64,000 bases of DNA from Acidobacteriota bacterium (GTDB lineage: Bacteria; Acidobacteriota; UBA890; WLXD01): positions 416,001 through 480,000 of the forward strand of contig CBDBHB010000009.1 of the NCBI GenBank assembly GCA_965205505.1, given 5' to 3'. The stretch's first letter is position 1. Each line of letters starts with the position of its first letter. This document shows, in pieces, positions 41,529 to 51,086 of the stretch. The notes below the pieces were generated by a model. It was not told where the DNA came from and searched no databases. It worked only from the letters and a program-made list of their open reading frames with translations. The position numbers and the translations under genes are program-made.

Positions 41529-43085
41529 ATGACGGTCGCTCTGTTAGCCGTTTCGTCGATCGTGCTCGCTGCTGTAGCCGCGACGAGCGCGGCGGCCGCG
41601 AGCCCGCAGGAGCAGCGTACACAGCTGGAGCTCCTGCAGCGGATCCAGACCGAATCGACGGGCAACTCGCGACTCATGGATACCGCGAGCTGGCTGGCGG
41701 ATGTGTTCGGGCCGCGGCTCGCCAACTCGCCTTCGTACGACGCCGCTACCGAATGGGCGCGTGATCGCCTCGTGGCCTTCGGGGTGGAGGCATCCGTTGA
41801 GCCCTACGGCGAATTCGGTGTGACCTGGCGCAACGAGTACACCTCGGTGCACATGCTGCAGCCGCGCTACATGTCGGTAATCGCTTACCCCAATACCTGG
41901 TCGTCGGGAATCGGGGGGCGCAGGCGTGCCCGTGCCGTCCACCTAGACTATGAGTCGCTGCGCTCGACTGCCGATCTCGAGCCCTACCGCGGCCGGCTCG
42001 ACGGCACCGTGGTGCTAGTGGCGCCGGTACAACCCATCGAGCTGCAGTTCGAGGCTCCTGCCGAGCGGCTCAGCACCGCGGCAGTCGCCGCCCTCGTTGC
42101 GCCGCGTCTGGAGGGTCCGGAACAGCAGGGAGAAGAGCGCGCCGAGCCGGTTTCCTGGGACTCCTTCGTCGAGTTCGCCTTCGATCAAGGTGCCGTGGCG
42201 CTGGCCGCCCCAGATGGGCGTGAGAGTTACGGCAACGTGCTGGTCAACGAGGTGCCTGGTCGCGCCTGGCTTTCCGAGGCCGAAATTCACCCGCCCTTCC
42301 TGATATTGGCAGCGGAGCACTACAACCGCATGGTGCGCATCCTCGACAAGGGCGTCGAGGTCGAGCTCGAGCTCGACGTGCGTATTGCCGTCGACGAGCT
42401 CTCGCGTCAGGACACCAATGTGATCGCCGAGATTCCGGGTAGCGATCTGGCCGACCAGGTGGTGATGCTCGGGGCGCACCTGGATGCGAACTCGGCCGGA
42501 CAAGGTGCGATCGACAACGCCGGCAGCGCCGCGACGGTCATGGAGGTCATGCGGGTGCTCCGTGCCATCGGGCTGCAGCCGCGACGGACCATTCGCATGG
42601 CTCTGTGGGGCGGCGAGGAGTATGGGCTCGTGGGCTCGCGGCGCTATGTCGAGCAGGCCTTCGGCGGCGTTGCAGGGCTACCAGCAACCGCGGCCCACGA
42701 GCGCTTCGCGATCTACTTCAACAAGGATGGTGGCTCAGGTCGCGTCCGTGGCGTATATCTACAGGAGAATGCCGCGCTGGCACCGCTGGCGGCCGCTTGG
42801 CTCGAGCCGCTGGCGTCGTTCGGGGTCGCCCACATAAGCAACCGCGCTAACTTCAACTCCGATCAGGCCTCATTCGATCGGGCTGGCCTGCCGTCGATAA
42901 TGTTCATCCAGGACCCTCTCGAGCGGCGCGGGTACCACACCAACATGGACACCTTCGATCATCTCCATGAGCCCGACCTGATCCAGTCGGCGATCGTCAT
43001 TGCCAGCCTGGTGGCACAGGCGGCGATGAGCGACAAGGCGGTGCCGCGATCGCTACCGATGACGGCCCGGGGACATCGAGAATGA
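41529..43085 (+). CDS. M28-family metallopeptidase, exported
   Basis: LADVFGPRL, GAHLD, GAIDNAG, WGGEEYG, NSDQASF, YHTNMD; likely ATG start 41529. Confidence 0.88.
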   Translation: MTVALLAVSSIVLAAVAATSAAAASPQEQRTQLELLQRIQTESTGNSRLMDTASWLADVFGPRLANSPSYDAATEWARDRLVAFGVEASVEPYGEFGVTWRNEYTSVHMLQPRYMSVIAYPNTWSSGIGGRRRARAVHLDYESLRSTADLEPYRGRLDGTVVLVAPVQPIELQFEAPAERLSTAAVAALVAPRLEGPEQQGEERAEPVSWDSFVEFAFDQGAVALAAPDGRESYGNVLVNEVPGRAWLSEAEIHPPFLILAAEHYNRMVRILDKGVEVELELDVRIAVDELSRQDTNVIAEIPGSDLADQVVMLGAHLDANSAGQGAIDNAGSAATVMEVMRVLRAIGLQPRRTIRMALWGGEEYGLVGSRRYVEQAFGGVAGLPATAAHERFAIYFNKDGGSGRVRGVYLQENAALAPLAAAWLEPLASFGVAHISNRANFNSDQASFDRAGLPSIMFIQDPLERRGYHTNMDTFDHLHEPDLIQSAIVIASLVAQAAMSDKAVPRSLPMTARGHRE

Positions 43086-44083
43086 GGGCGCGGCGCCGTT
43101 CGCGGGCTTTCGCCGCGCTGGCCGTCGTTGCGCTGACGGCCACAACGGCCGGCTGCGCCGACCGTGATGCCTCGCTGATTCTCAAGGTGGCGCACAACGG
43201 TAGCCCCGAGCACCCGTATCAGGCAGGTTTCGAGCACTTCAAGGAGATCGTCGAGCGTGACACCGACGGCGCCGTCCAGGTGCAGATCTTCGAGAATGGT
43301 CAGCTTGGCACCGAGGAGGAGGCCAGCCTCATGGTCAAGCTGGGGGCGCTGGCGTCGTCGGCTGCCAGCGCTGGCGCCGGGCTCGGTCCGTTCGTGTCGG
43401 AGGCCGAGGCGTTCAACTTGCCGTTCATTTTTCGTGACCTGGATCACTTCTACCGTGTGCTCGACGGCTCACCCGGCGAGCGTGTCGCCCGGGCCACGGA
43501 GGAAAAGCTCGATGCGATGGTGCTCGGCTGGTGGTTCTCGGGCGTGCGCAACATGTGGAACGCCACGCGTCCGGTGCTGACCCCGGAGGATCTGCGCGGC
43601 CTGAAGATCCGCGTCATGGGAACGCCGGTGCTGGTAGAGGCTTTTGACGCTCTCGGCGCCCAGGCGACGCCGATGTCCTTCGGCGAGCTCTATTCGGCGC
43701 TCGAGCAGGGTGTCGTGGATGGCGCTGAGACCGATCACGTAGACCTTCTGTACGAGCGCTTCTACGAGGTCACGCGCTATGTCTCCAATACGGCGCACAT
43801 GTATCTCGCCGCCGGCATGATCTTCAGTCGCAAGGTCTACGATCGCCTGCCCCCAGATGTACAACAGGTGGTGCTGCGCGCCGGCCGTGAAGCCTCTATC
43901 GCCCAACGCCGGGCCATGGAGACTGCTACCCGGGAGGCACTCGCCGACCTCGAGCGAACTGGAGACCTGGAGTTCTTCGAAGTTGATCGCAGCCTGTTTC
44001 AGGCTCGCGTGCGCGACGTCTATCGCAACGCCGCTGACAAGGTCGGCGGCACCGAGGTCATCGATGAGATCGTCGGCTACTGA
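43082..44083 (+). CDS. dctP: TRAP transporter substrate-binding protein
   Basis: NGQLGTE, NLPFIF, DLRGLKIRV, ELYSALEQGVVDG. Confidence 0.93.
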   Translation: MRARRRSRAFAALAVVALTATTAGCADRDASLILKVAHNGSPEHPYQAGFEHFKEIVERDTDGAVQVQIFENGQLGTEEEASLMVKLGALASSAASAGAGLGPFVSEAEAFNLPFIFRDLDHFYRVLDGSPGERVARATEEKLDAMVLGWWFSGVRNMWNATRPVLTPEDLRGLKIRVMGTPVLVEAFDALGAQATPMSFGELYSALEQGVVDGAETDHVDLLYERFYEVTRYVSNTAHMYLAAGMIFSRKVYDRLPPDVQQVVLRAGREASIAQRRAMETATREALADLERTGDLEFFEVDRSLFQARVRDVYRNAADKVGGTEVIDEIVGY

Positions 44084-44561
44084 TCTTCGCGGCAAGCCGC
44101 TCGAGCTGGTGCTGTGCGTGCTGCTGATCGCCATGGTTGGCGTGACGTTCTCCCAGGTGCTCTTCCGCTATGTGTTTCAGCTGTCGCTGGCATGGTCCGA
44201 GGAGCTGGCGCGCTTCCTGCTCTTGTGGGTCGGCTCGCTCAGCGCTGCCTACGCCTTCAAGACACGCTCACACTTCGCGCTCACTTTCGCCGTTCAGCGC
44301 GTCCCCCCCGGCCCCCGGAAACAGCTGGCGCGGCTGGTCACCGCGCTGGTCGCGGTGCTGCTTGCCGTGTTCGCTTGGCAGGCGTTTTGGTTCACGCTCG
44401 AGGTGCGGACGATGGTTGCTCCAGCCACCGGAGTGTCGATGTCCATCCCCTATTCGTCGGCCTTCGTCGGCAGCCTGCTCATGCTCTACTACATCCTGCG
44501 ACAGGCCTGGCGCGGTGATGACGACGAGCCCGCCGAGCACACACTCACCACGGCGTCCTAG
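44064..44561 (+). CDS. dctQ: TRAP transporter small permease
   Basis: QVLFRYVF..LAWSEELARF, four TM helices. Confidence 0.9.
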   Translation: MRSSATDLRGKPLELVLCVLLIAMVGVTFSQVLFRYVFQLSLAWSEELARFLLLWVGSLSAAYAFKTRSHFALTFAVQRVPPGPRKQLARLVTALVAVLLAVFAWQAFWFTLEVRTMVAPATGVSMSIPYSSAFVGSLLMLYYILRQAWRGDDDEPAEHTLTTAS

Positions 44562-44564
44562 CAG

Positions 44565-45845
44565 ATGGGCCTGGTCGTCGCACTCGTCTTCGTGATCGCG
44601 CTCTTGGTGTCGGTGCCCGTCGGGCTGGCGCTGGCGATGGCCGGAATGGCCGGGCTGCTCTACAGCTCGCCAGAGTTCCTGATCGTCATGCCGCAGAAGT
44701 ATCTCGCCGGTCTGGACTCATTCCCGTTGCTGGCGATACCGCTTTTCGTGCTTGCCGGATCGTTGTTGTCGAAGGGTGGGATGGCACGGCGCATCGTCGA
44801 CATGGCGCTCGTATTCGTCGGCCGCATTCCCGGCGGGCTGGGGCTGGTGGTGATCCTCTCGGCGATGGTGTTCTCGGGGATCTCCGGATCGCCCAGCGCC
44901 AACACCGCCGCGGTCGGGTCGGTGGCGTTGCCGGCGATGAAGCGCAAGCGCTACCCGGTCGAGTTCGCCACCGCCATCTTCGCTGCGGCAGGGGGGGTCT
45001 CGACGCTGGTGCCGCCGGCGATCGATCTGATCATCATCGGTGTGGTCGCCGGGATCTCGATCGGTGCGCTGTTCGCCGCCGGGGTCCTACCGGCTGTGGT
45101 GCTGGGGATCGCCATCATGACGCTTACATATATCAATGCGCTTCGCCTCGAGCTGCCGATCGAGCCCAAGATGCCTTGGCGCGACAAGCTGAAGGTGATT
45201 GGCGACGGGCTGCTGCCGCTAATGATGATCGTCATCATTCTCGGCGGCATATACGGCGGCGTGTTCACGCCGACCGAGGCTTCGGCGGTGGCCGTGGTCT
45301 ACGGCTTCGTGGTGTCGTTCTTCGTGTACCGCGAGCTAAAGCTGGCCGACCTGCCGGACGTACTGTTGGGCACCGCATCCTTGACGGGCGTCGTAATGCT
45401 CGTGCTCGCTTCGGCCTCGGTCTTTTCGTTCGTGCTCACGTTCGAGCGCATTCCCCACCAGCTCGCAGAATGGATCACCAGCACGGCGCCGAACTGGCTG
45501 GTGTTCATGCTCTTCGTGCACGTCGTGTTCATCGTGCTCGGGATGGTGATGGATGCGCTGCCGCCGATCATCATTCTGATGCCGATCCTGGTACCCGTCG
45601 CCGTGTTGCTCGGGATGGACCCGATACACTTTTCGATCCTGGTGGCCGCCAACGTCGGCATCGGCATGGTTTCGCCCCCGGTCGGGATCTGCCTGTTTGT
45701 GGCCTGCGGCATTGCCGGCACGTCCATCGAGGCGGTGACGCCGCGGCTGGTGCCCTACTTGCTCGTGTTGCTGGCCGGCCTGCTGCTGTTGACGCTATTT
45801 CCCGCCATCACCTTGTTCGTCCCGCGGCTGCTGGGTTATGCGTAG
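44565..45845 (+). CDS. dctM: TRAP transporter large permease
   Basis: SFPLLAIPLF, ISGS, GGVFTPTEAS, GMDPIHF, PPVG. Confidence 0.95.
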   Translation: MGLVVALVFVIALLVSVPVGLALAMAGMAGLLYSSPEFLIVMPQKYLAGLDSFPLLAIPLFVLAGSLLSKGGMARRIVDMALVFVGRIPGGLGLVVILSAMVFSGISGSPSANTAAVGSVALPAMKRKRYPVEFATAIFAAAGGVSTLVPPAIDLIIIGVVAGISIGALFAAGVLPAVVLGIAIMTLTYINALRLELPIEPKMPWRDKLKVIGDGLLPLMMIVIILGGIYGGVFTPTEASAVAVVYGFVVSFFVYRELKLADLPDVLLGTASLTGVVMLVLASASVFSFVLTFERIPHQLAEWITSTAPNWLVFMLFVHVVFIVLGMVMDALPPIIILMPILVPVAVLLGMDPIHFSILVAANVGIGMVSPPVGICLFVACGIAGTSIEAVTPRLVPYLLVLLAGLLLLTLFPAITLFVPRLLGYA

Positions 45846-46743
45846 TCAGATGCGGCTCCTCGGCGTGCTCGCTGCTGTTGTCCTGGTTGGCTGCGGTAGT
45901 GCGGCGGACGAGGCGTCGAGTGGCGAAGTGCCGCCGCCGGCCGGCGTGTCCGGCGAGCCGTCCGGCCCGGACCTCTCATTGCACGAGGTGCGCGATGACG
46001 CGCTGCGCGCCTTCTTCGCCGAGCAGATCACTGTCTTTGGCGTGCCCATCGTGGGGACGGAAGACCTTGCGGACGACAAGATCCGGCACGCCGCGCACGT
46101 CATGGCGCAGTACCTCGACAACGACGAGGACGGTTCGGTCGATGACCCGGCGGTGCTCGATGCGATGCTGGAGCGCGACGCGCTGTTAGTGATGTTCGCC
46201 GACTTCGACGACCTCGAGGAGTCGGGTCTGTTCGAAGCCGATGGGATTCGTGATCGCTACGAGATGCAGGATCTCGAGGGCCACGAGACCATCACGCCGA
46301 CCGATCGTGCGGAAGGAGACGTCGGCGACCGCTTCGACGCCGCGATCGAGGAGGTCTGGCATCTGGTCAGCTTCGCTGGATACGCGGTCGCCTATCCCGA
46401 TGCCTTCGGCCCGGATCCCGGCTCTCGCCTGGCCAACGCCATGGACCTGGCGCGCGGCGGGCAGTTCATGGAGATTCAGGATCCGTATCCAAGCGGTGCC
46501 TGGTATACCTACGACGACGAGACCTGCGACTACGGTTGCATGGCGATCGAGTATGTCTATTGGGCGCTGTCGACGCAGCTGGGAGCGCAGGCGGATGCGG
46601 ACCGCTGCGCCCGGATCTCGCACGAGTGGCGCCCCTGCACCGCCGAGCAGCTCACCGAGATCGACCCGGCGGTAGCGGCTCTACTCACCGATCCGCAATA
46701 CTCCATTCCGACCCGCCTGCCCGACGGAAGCTACGGCGAATAG
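45838..46743 (+). CDS. Uncharacterised lipoprotein, EExxH-family paralog
   Basis: LVGC lipobox; HAAHVMAQYLDNDEDG, DAAIEEVWHLV..AG, AMDLARGG, YDDETCDYGCMAIEYVYW. Confidence 0.8.
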   Translation: MRSQMRLLGVLAAVVLVGCGSAADEASSGEVPPPAGVSGEPSGPDLSLHEVRDDALRAFFAEQITVFGVPIVGTEDLADDKIRHAAHVMAQYLDNDEDGSVDDPAVLDAMLERDALLVMFADFDDLEESGLFEADGIRDRYEMQDLEGHETITPTDRAEGDVGDRFDAAIEEVWHLVSFAGYAVAYPDAFGPDPGSRLANAMDLARGGQFMEIQDPYPSGAWYTYDDETCDYGCMAIEYVYWALSTQLGAQADADRCARISHEWRPCTAEQLTEIDPAVAALLTDPQYSIPTRLPDGSYGE

Positions 46744-46805
46744 TCGAGAATCTCGAAGATCAGTCGGGATCGGTCGGCGGAGACAGAAAGTCCGCTAGCA
46801 GGCCT

Positions 46806-47156
46806 CTATAAGCAGGCCGGTCAAGTGATACAGCACTCCCCTGAGTGCGTGAAGGTTCATTTGACCGGTGGCATCCGGTCCTCGCGGCACATCGGTGCGG
46901 ACAATCATCCGATCATCGCGCGGGCGCTGGAGCTGTGGCTGAACAGGTTCCCCGATCTGAGCGACTACCTCGGCGGAGACAGAAAAGCAGGCTATAAGCA
47001 GGCCGGTCAAGTGATACAGCACTCCCCTGAGTGCGTGAAGGTTCATTTGACCGGTGGCATCCGGTCCTCGCGGCACATCGGTGCGGACAATCATCCGATC
47101 ATCGCGCGGGCGCTGGAGCTGTGGCTGAACAGGTTCCCCGATCTGAGCGACTACCT
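46806..47156 (+). repeat. Tandem duplication: two identical 165-bp copies (46806-46970, 46992-47156), period 186 bp
   Basis: Direct read; TCGGCGGAGACAGAAA also precedes both copies (46774, 46970). Confidence 0.92.
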
Positions 47157-47763
47157 GCTGACGCTGGAGATGGACCGCTGGAACCACGAAACGGTCAGTT
47201 GGTTCCAACCGGGCGTCTCGCCGCAGACCTACATCAGCCAGATGATCGGAGGCATGGCTGACTTGCACGTCCTACCGGCGATCGCCAGGGTGCAGGACGT
47301 ATTCGAGATCCTGACGAACGGCCCCGGGACGACGCACACGCGCGGTGAGGACGCGCTGGGCTTCGAGGTCCTGGCGCAGCTCCGGACGAACGGCCTAGCC
47401 GATATCCACACGCCGAGCGCCCACTTCTACGCCGACAAGGGCTGGAAGAAGCTCGACCGCCGGATGGCCGAAGTAGAGCGCCGCTTTCGCGAAATGGGAT
47501 GGGATCGCGCCTTCGCGTCCGAGACCGGCTGTCACGGGCACTACGTCCAGGGCCTCGATGGCTTCAGGTGGCCGTGGCAGTCGACGCCACCGCCGAGCGA
47601 TCAGGTGCAGGTCGATCGCACCGGTTATCTCAAAGCCCGGCTAGACCTGTCGACCTTCTGGACCGAGAGCTACTGGTTCCAGATCACCGAGGACACGCCG
47701 GCGTGGTTCGGCATCTTTGCTAGCGATTGGCGGCTCAAGCCAGTATCGGAGTTCTGGGCATGA
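46825..47763 (+). CDS. Hypothetical protein, possibly a 5'-truncated clan GH-A glycoside hydrolase, with duplicated N-terminus
   Basis: WNHE, SAHFY, ASETG and a YWFQ...FGIF..DWRLKP tail resemble GH-A catalytic-domain features. Confidence 0.4.
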   Translation: MIQHSPECVKVHLTGGIRSSRHIGADNHPIIARALELWLNRFPDLSDYLGGDRKAGYKQAGQVIQHSPECVKVHLTGGIRSSRHIGADNHPIIARALELWLNRFPDLSDYLLTLEMDRWNHETVSWFQPGVSPQTYISQMIGGMADLHVLPAIARVQDVFEILTNGPGTTHTRGEDALGFEVLAQLRTNGLADIHTPSAHFYADKGWKKLDRRMAEVERRFREMGWDRAFASETGCHGHYVQGLDGFRWPWQSTPPPSDQVQVDRTGYLKARLDLSTFWTESYWFQITEDTPAWFGIFASDWRLKPVSEFWA

Positions 47764-47833
47764 ACGACCGAATTGTCGTGCCATCAAACGCTGGTAGCAC
47801 AGATAGCGAAATCAACAAGGGGAGGGCAGTAGC

Positions 47834-48096
47834 ATGAGTTTCGACCGCGCAAGAAAGCTCAGCTCACACCGGATCAACTCGACGTCGGCGAGGCAATCGA
47901 CAGGATCTACGAGATCGGCAGGGAGAACCTTGCCGATGGCTTCCAGTTCGAGGACATCGCCAGGGTACCGGAGCTAGCCGGAGCGCTCACGGGCGTCATG
48001 GCGGCTATACGGCGCCAGGCCGGGGGTGTCGCCATCGGCAACCTGCTGGTCGGCGCCGGCGCCGGATTCTTCAACGACAACGTTGAGGAGCTCTGA
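47834..48096 (+). CDS. Small hypothetical protein, -1 frameshift near 47850
   Basis: GGGAGG RBS; MSFDRA then KAQLTPDQLDVGEAIDRIYEIGRENLADGFQFEDI...FFNDNVEEL* in the next frame. Confidence 0.45.
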
Positions 48097-48175
48097 GATC
48101 GGCGAGCCTCATTATCCCGCCTTTCTCCGCTTTCCCGCGGGGACGCGCCGTAGCCGCCGAAGCCTCGCTGGCTAC

Positions 48176-48781
48176 CTAGTCCAGGATGTTATTCGTCGCC
48201 GTTCTAGGCCCGCTCGGTCGCTCGGCCCCATTGCCAGTTTCCGTGCCCTCGCCGTCCCTCGAGGCGGCCTCCTCCGGCGCTGCTTGATCTTCGTTCTCCA
48301 ACGGAATCGGACCCCCGCTATCCAGGGGCTCGAAGTCAGCGGAGTCAGAACTCCCATCGGCACGTTGTCCTGTGCCCATCCAGGCGTAGACAGCGCCCAG
48401 GATTGCGCCGTAGACCAGATGACCCATGAGGCTGGGCATCATGTTTCCGGCGGCCTCTAGGTTCCAGTTGACACCCATGCCCATTCCCATGAACAAGGGC
48501 ATGAGCGTGAGCGGGCCCAACAACCACCAGATCACGCCGTAGCCGAGTCCATACCCCAAGCCGTTTCCCATCCCGCTCACCATCGAGCCCAAGACGATGC
48601 CAAACGCGGCTCCGATGATGGCACTGTTGACCATGTGGAGGAGAAAGCCTGCGAAAGCCGATGGAGACCCCACCATGCTGCCGATCATCGGTAGCATCCC
48701 CATCATTCCCATCATGGCTCCGAACACCACGCCTCCGGCCAGGCCGCCGTAGATGCCCTTCTTGATGCTGTCTGCGTTCAT
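48176..48781 (-). CDS. Met/Gly-rich four-TM membrane protein
   Basis: GGLAGGVVFGAMMGMMGMLPMI, LHM, YGVIWW, SLMGHLVYG; AAGGGAGG RBS. Confidence 0.78.
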   Translation of the reverse strand: MNADSIKKGIYGGLAGGVVFGAMMGMMGMLPMIGSMVGSPSAFAGFLLHMVNSAIIGAAFGIVLGSMVSGMGNGLGYGLGYGVIWWLLGPLTLMPLFMGMGMGVNWNLEAAGNMMPSLMGHLVYGAILGAVYAWMGTGQRADGSSDSADFEPLDSGGPIPLENEDQAAPEEAASRDGEGTETGNGAERPSGPRTATNNILD

Positions 48782-48871
48782 CCGAAGCACCTCCCTTGGA
48801 TGGTTGATTAACAGCCGGCGGATCCCGTCGCCCGTGAGAGTCGTCCAAAGACCCCACGAACAAGCGAAGCT

Positions 48872-48972
48872 CCCCAGCGCGGGACTCTCGCCGGTAGGGG
48901 CCTCCCTCTGACGGTCCCATTGCTGCCCGCTAGCGGCGGTTGGTACCGCTACGCTCGTCCCGCGCCGAGAGG
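48872..48972 (-). ncRNA. Candidate structured RNA / leader, copy 1
   Basis: 14-bp closing stem UCUCGGCGCGGGAC/GUCCCGCGCUGGGG and an inner stem; TAAAAT 9 nt upstream. Confidence 0.4.
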
Positions 48973-49059
48973 CCACCAATAATTTTAGACCCCTAGCGCC
49001 CCGACCGGATAGTGCCTAGCGAACTTCGACGTCGTCGCGATGTTTCTGGGGCTGTGGCG
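48872..49059 (-). repeat. Long repeat R1/R5 copy 1 (promoter-like box plus ~100-nt hairpin)
   Basis: Aligns with 54113..54277; its 49010-49059 part also aligns with 49925..49989. Confidence 0.85.
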
Positions 49060-49869
49060 GGTGACCCGATTGTCGTCTCCGGCAGGCGTTTGTTGGGGAG
49101 TTGCGTAGTGCCGCAATCGTGCGGCTGCGATGATCGGCAGGTAGGGCAAGACAGATTCGTCGAGTATTCCCTCGTATATAAACGGCAATACGCCCCAAGT
49201 CGACAGGAGATCGAGAGAGGACAGGACCACCCACAGACCCGACGCCACTGCCATTGTGGCGTAGATGTTTCTCCAACGAATGCTCCCGCAGTTTCTGCTG
49301 AGGTACGCGAAAGTTCCAGCGGCCACGCCATCGAGAGAGACGTACATGAGTAGATTCGGCACGTAGGATTCAGCACCGCGGACGACCGTTATCTGAATGA
49401 GAAAAACGTAGGCTACTGATCCCAGTACGAAGACAAGGCTTGCGGTGGACGTAGTCCAATACCGTGTGTTCCCGCGGCTCCATCCGGGCTTTAGGTAAGG
49501 GTTCGCTGAAACAGCCAAGAGAACCGCTACGTAATACAGCAAAGCCAGAAGTCCCTCGCGGATCTGGAGCTGGATTGCCTCAGCATCGGGCGCGGGGAGA
49601 TACAAGATCTCGATTACTAGGAAGGCCGCGACCCCACAGGCGATCAATAACCAAAACCTTCGTTCCTCTGGGTGCTTGATCTGTCTCACTCCGTACAGAA
49701 GTGCCCAGACTGCGAGGGCGGCAAAAATGAAATCGAGGTAGTCACCGAGGCTGGCCAGCTGCCAGCTCGACAGCAAGGAGATCCCGCACACCAGAACGAG
49801 GCCGGTGTAGAGCAGGCCCGTCGTTCTGATTATTGGGTCGGCCTTGAGAAAGGCCCACACGTCACGCAT
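48985..49869 (-). CDS. Multi-TM membrane protein resembling a sensor N-terminal domain, probably 3'-truncated
   Basis: About 8 TM helices, ERRFWLLIA motif; last codons read into repeat R5; lower GC. Confidence 0.6.
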   Translation of the reverse strand: MRDVWAFLKADPIIRTTGLLYTGLVLVCGISLLSSWQLASLGDYLDFIFAALAVWALLYGVRQIKHPEERRFWLLIACGVAAFLVIEILYLPAPDAEAIQLQIREGLLALLYYVAVLLAVSANPYLKPGWSRGNTRYWTTSTASLVFVLGSVAYVFLIQITVVRGAESYVPNLLMYVSLDGVAAGTFAYLSRNCGSIRWRNIYATMAVASGLWVVLSSLDLLSTWGVLPFIYEGILDESVLPYLPIIAAARLRHYATPQQTPAGDDNRVTRHSPRNIATTSKFARHYPVGALGV

Positions 49870-49924
49870 TCGAGCTCTCGGTTCGAGGTGGCCGAGTAAT
49901 AGAAAGCACGATAGCCGACGACCG

Positions 49925-49989
49925 CGCAACGCCTCGGTAGAGCCTGGCGACCTTCGACTTTTCGCCGCGATGTTCCTGGGGCTGAGGCG
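49925..49989 (-). repeat. Repeat R5 third copy
   Basis: CGCAACGCCTCGGTAGAGCCTGGCGACCTTCGACTT matches 54236-54272; CGCGATGTTCCTGGGGCTGAGGCG matches 49036-49059. Confidence 0.75.
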
Positions 49990-50006
49990 CGCTGTTGGCG
50001 GTTCCT

Positions 50007-50375
50007 CTACCTCCGCCTCCGCGCCGCCGCTGTATCCTCAATCGCCCGCCGCCCCTCAGCCGGCGTCACATCAGCCCCGCGCAGATGCGCGTCCATCAGA
50101 TCAGCGATCCAGCGCCGCAGCAGTTCCCGCCGGATGGTCTTCGCCTTGGTCTTCGTCGGCGCCAGGATCTCTGCGATAGCACCTAGCGAAGCGCGATCTG
50201 GCGGGAGATACCGACCGCACCGGTAGCCGCTCATGGTGCCCTGCGTGATGCCGAGATCGGTGGCGATTGTGCGCATGGAGGAGGGGTGCTCATCAATGAG
50301 CTCGCCGAGGTAGGAGCCGAACTGCAGGAGGGGGTAGGCGAGGGGGCGGGCGAAGGTGCTGCTGCGGCCTCTCAC
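50007..50375 (-). CDS. XRE-family helix-turn-helix protein
   Basis: FGSYLGELI...SMRTIATDLGITQGTMSGYRCGRYLPP...LGAIAEIL. Confidence 0.7.
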   Translation of the reverse strand: MRGRSSTFARPLAYPLLQFGSYLGELIDEHPSSMRTIATDLGITQGTMSGYRCGRYLPPDRASLGAIAEILAPTKTKAKTIRRELLRRWIADLMDAHLRGADVTPAEGRRAIEDTAAARRRR

Positions 50376-50381
50376 TAGAGC

Positions 50382-50537
50382 CTACGGGCCGGCCTGTTCG
50401 CCGACGTTGTCAGCAATCCGTTCGACTGCCTTGACGAGGCGCGCGGCTAGCCCCATTAGGTAGATGAATAGGGCGATCCAGATCAGCCCGAACAGCAAAG
50501 GGAACAGTCCCATCGCAGCCATCGGCATGTCCATCAT
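50382..50537 (-). CDS. Small single-TM membrane protein
   Basis: MMDMPMAAMGLFPLLFGLIWIALFIYLMGLAARLVKAVERIAD. Confidence 0.65.
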   Translation of the reverse strand: MMDMPMAAMGLFPLLFGLIWIALFIYLMGLAARLVKAVERIADNVGEQAGP

Positions 50538-51086
50538 GTTGCTACCCCCGTCGGCGGTGCACCGCAAAGGCTGCTCAGCCTAGCGGAATAGATCGGCTCT
50601 CACCACGTGAGTGCGCGCTGTCGGGCGATTTGCGAGGGGAGGCCGCGACCGCTCTTCCGAAGGGTGTCGGAGCCGACTGGTAGAATCCGGTGAGGCGTTC
50701 CGAGCATGCAAGACGACGGGAGGCAAGTTGGCGAAGAACAATGAGAACATCGAGGAAGGTGGCGTCGAAAGCCGGCAGGAACTTGCGCGATCCGAAGAAC
50801 ACGAAGGCACAGCGGAGCGTCGACCGAAGAGTACAAAGGCACAGCGGAGGGTCGCGGCGTCAGCGCTGACACAGACGCACGACCGCAAGAAGAGTCGTTC
50901 GTGTTCGGGGGGCGCTCTTGCTTTTGGTCCGCTTCGTCGTCGGTCACGTAGCTATTCGTGCTCCCGGGCAGAGGACTCGGTAGGTGGTCGGGGTCATGGG
51001 CTTTTGCCGGCTTTGGGTCGCAGGCCGGCCAGGCGCTTAGCTGTCAGTTTCAAGTACTTGGACCCACTACTGCACTCCGGGAGAGA

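Noticed and set aside
49010-49040. tRNA fragment (TTCGA) as an att site
   Set aside because: No T-stem, acceptor stem or CCA context.
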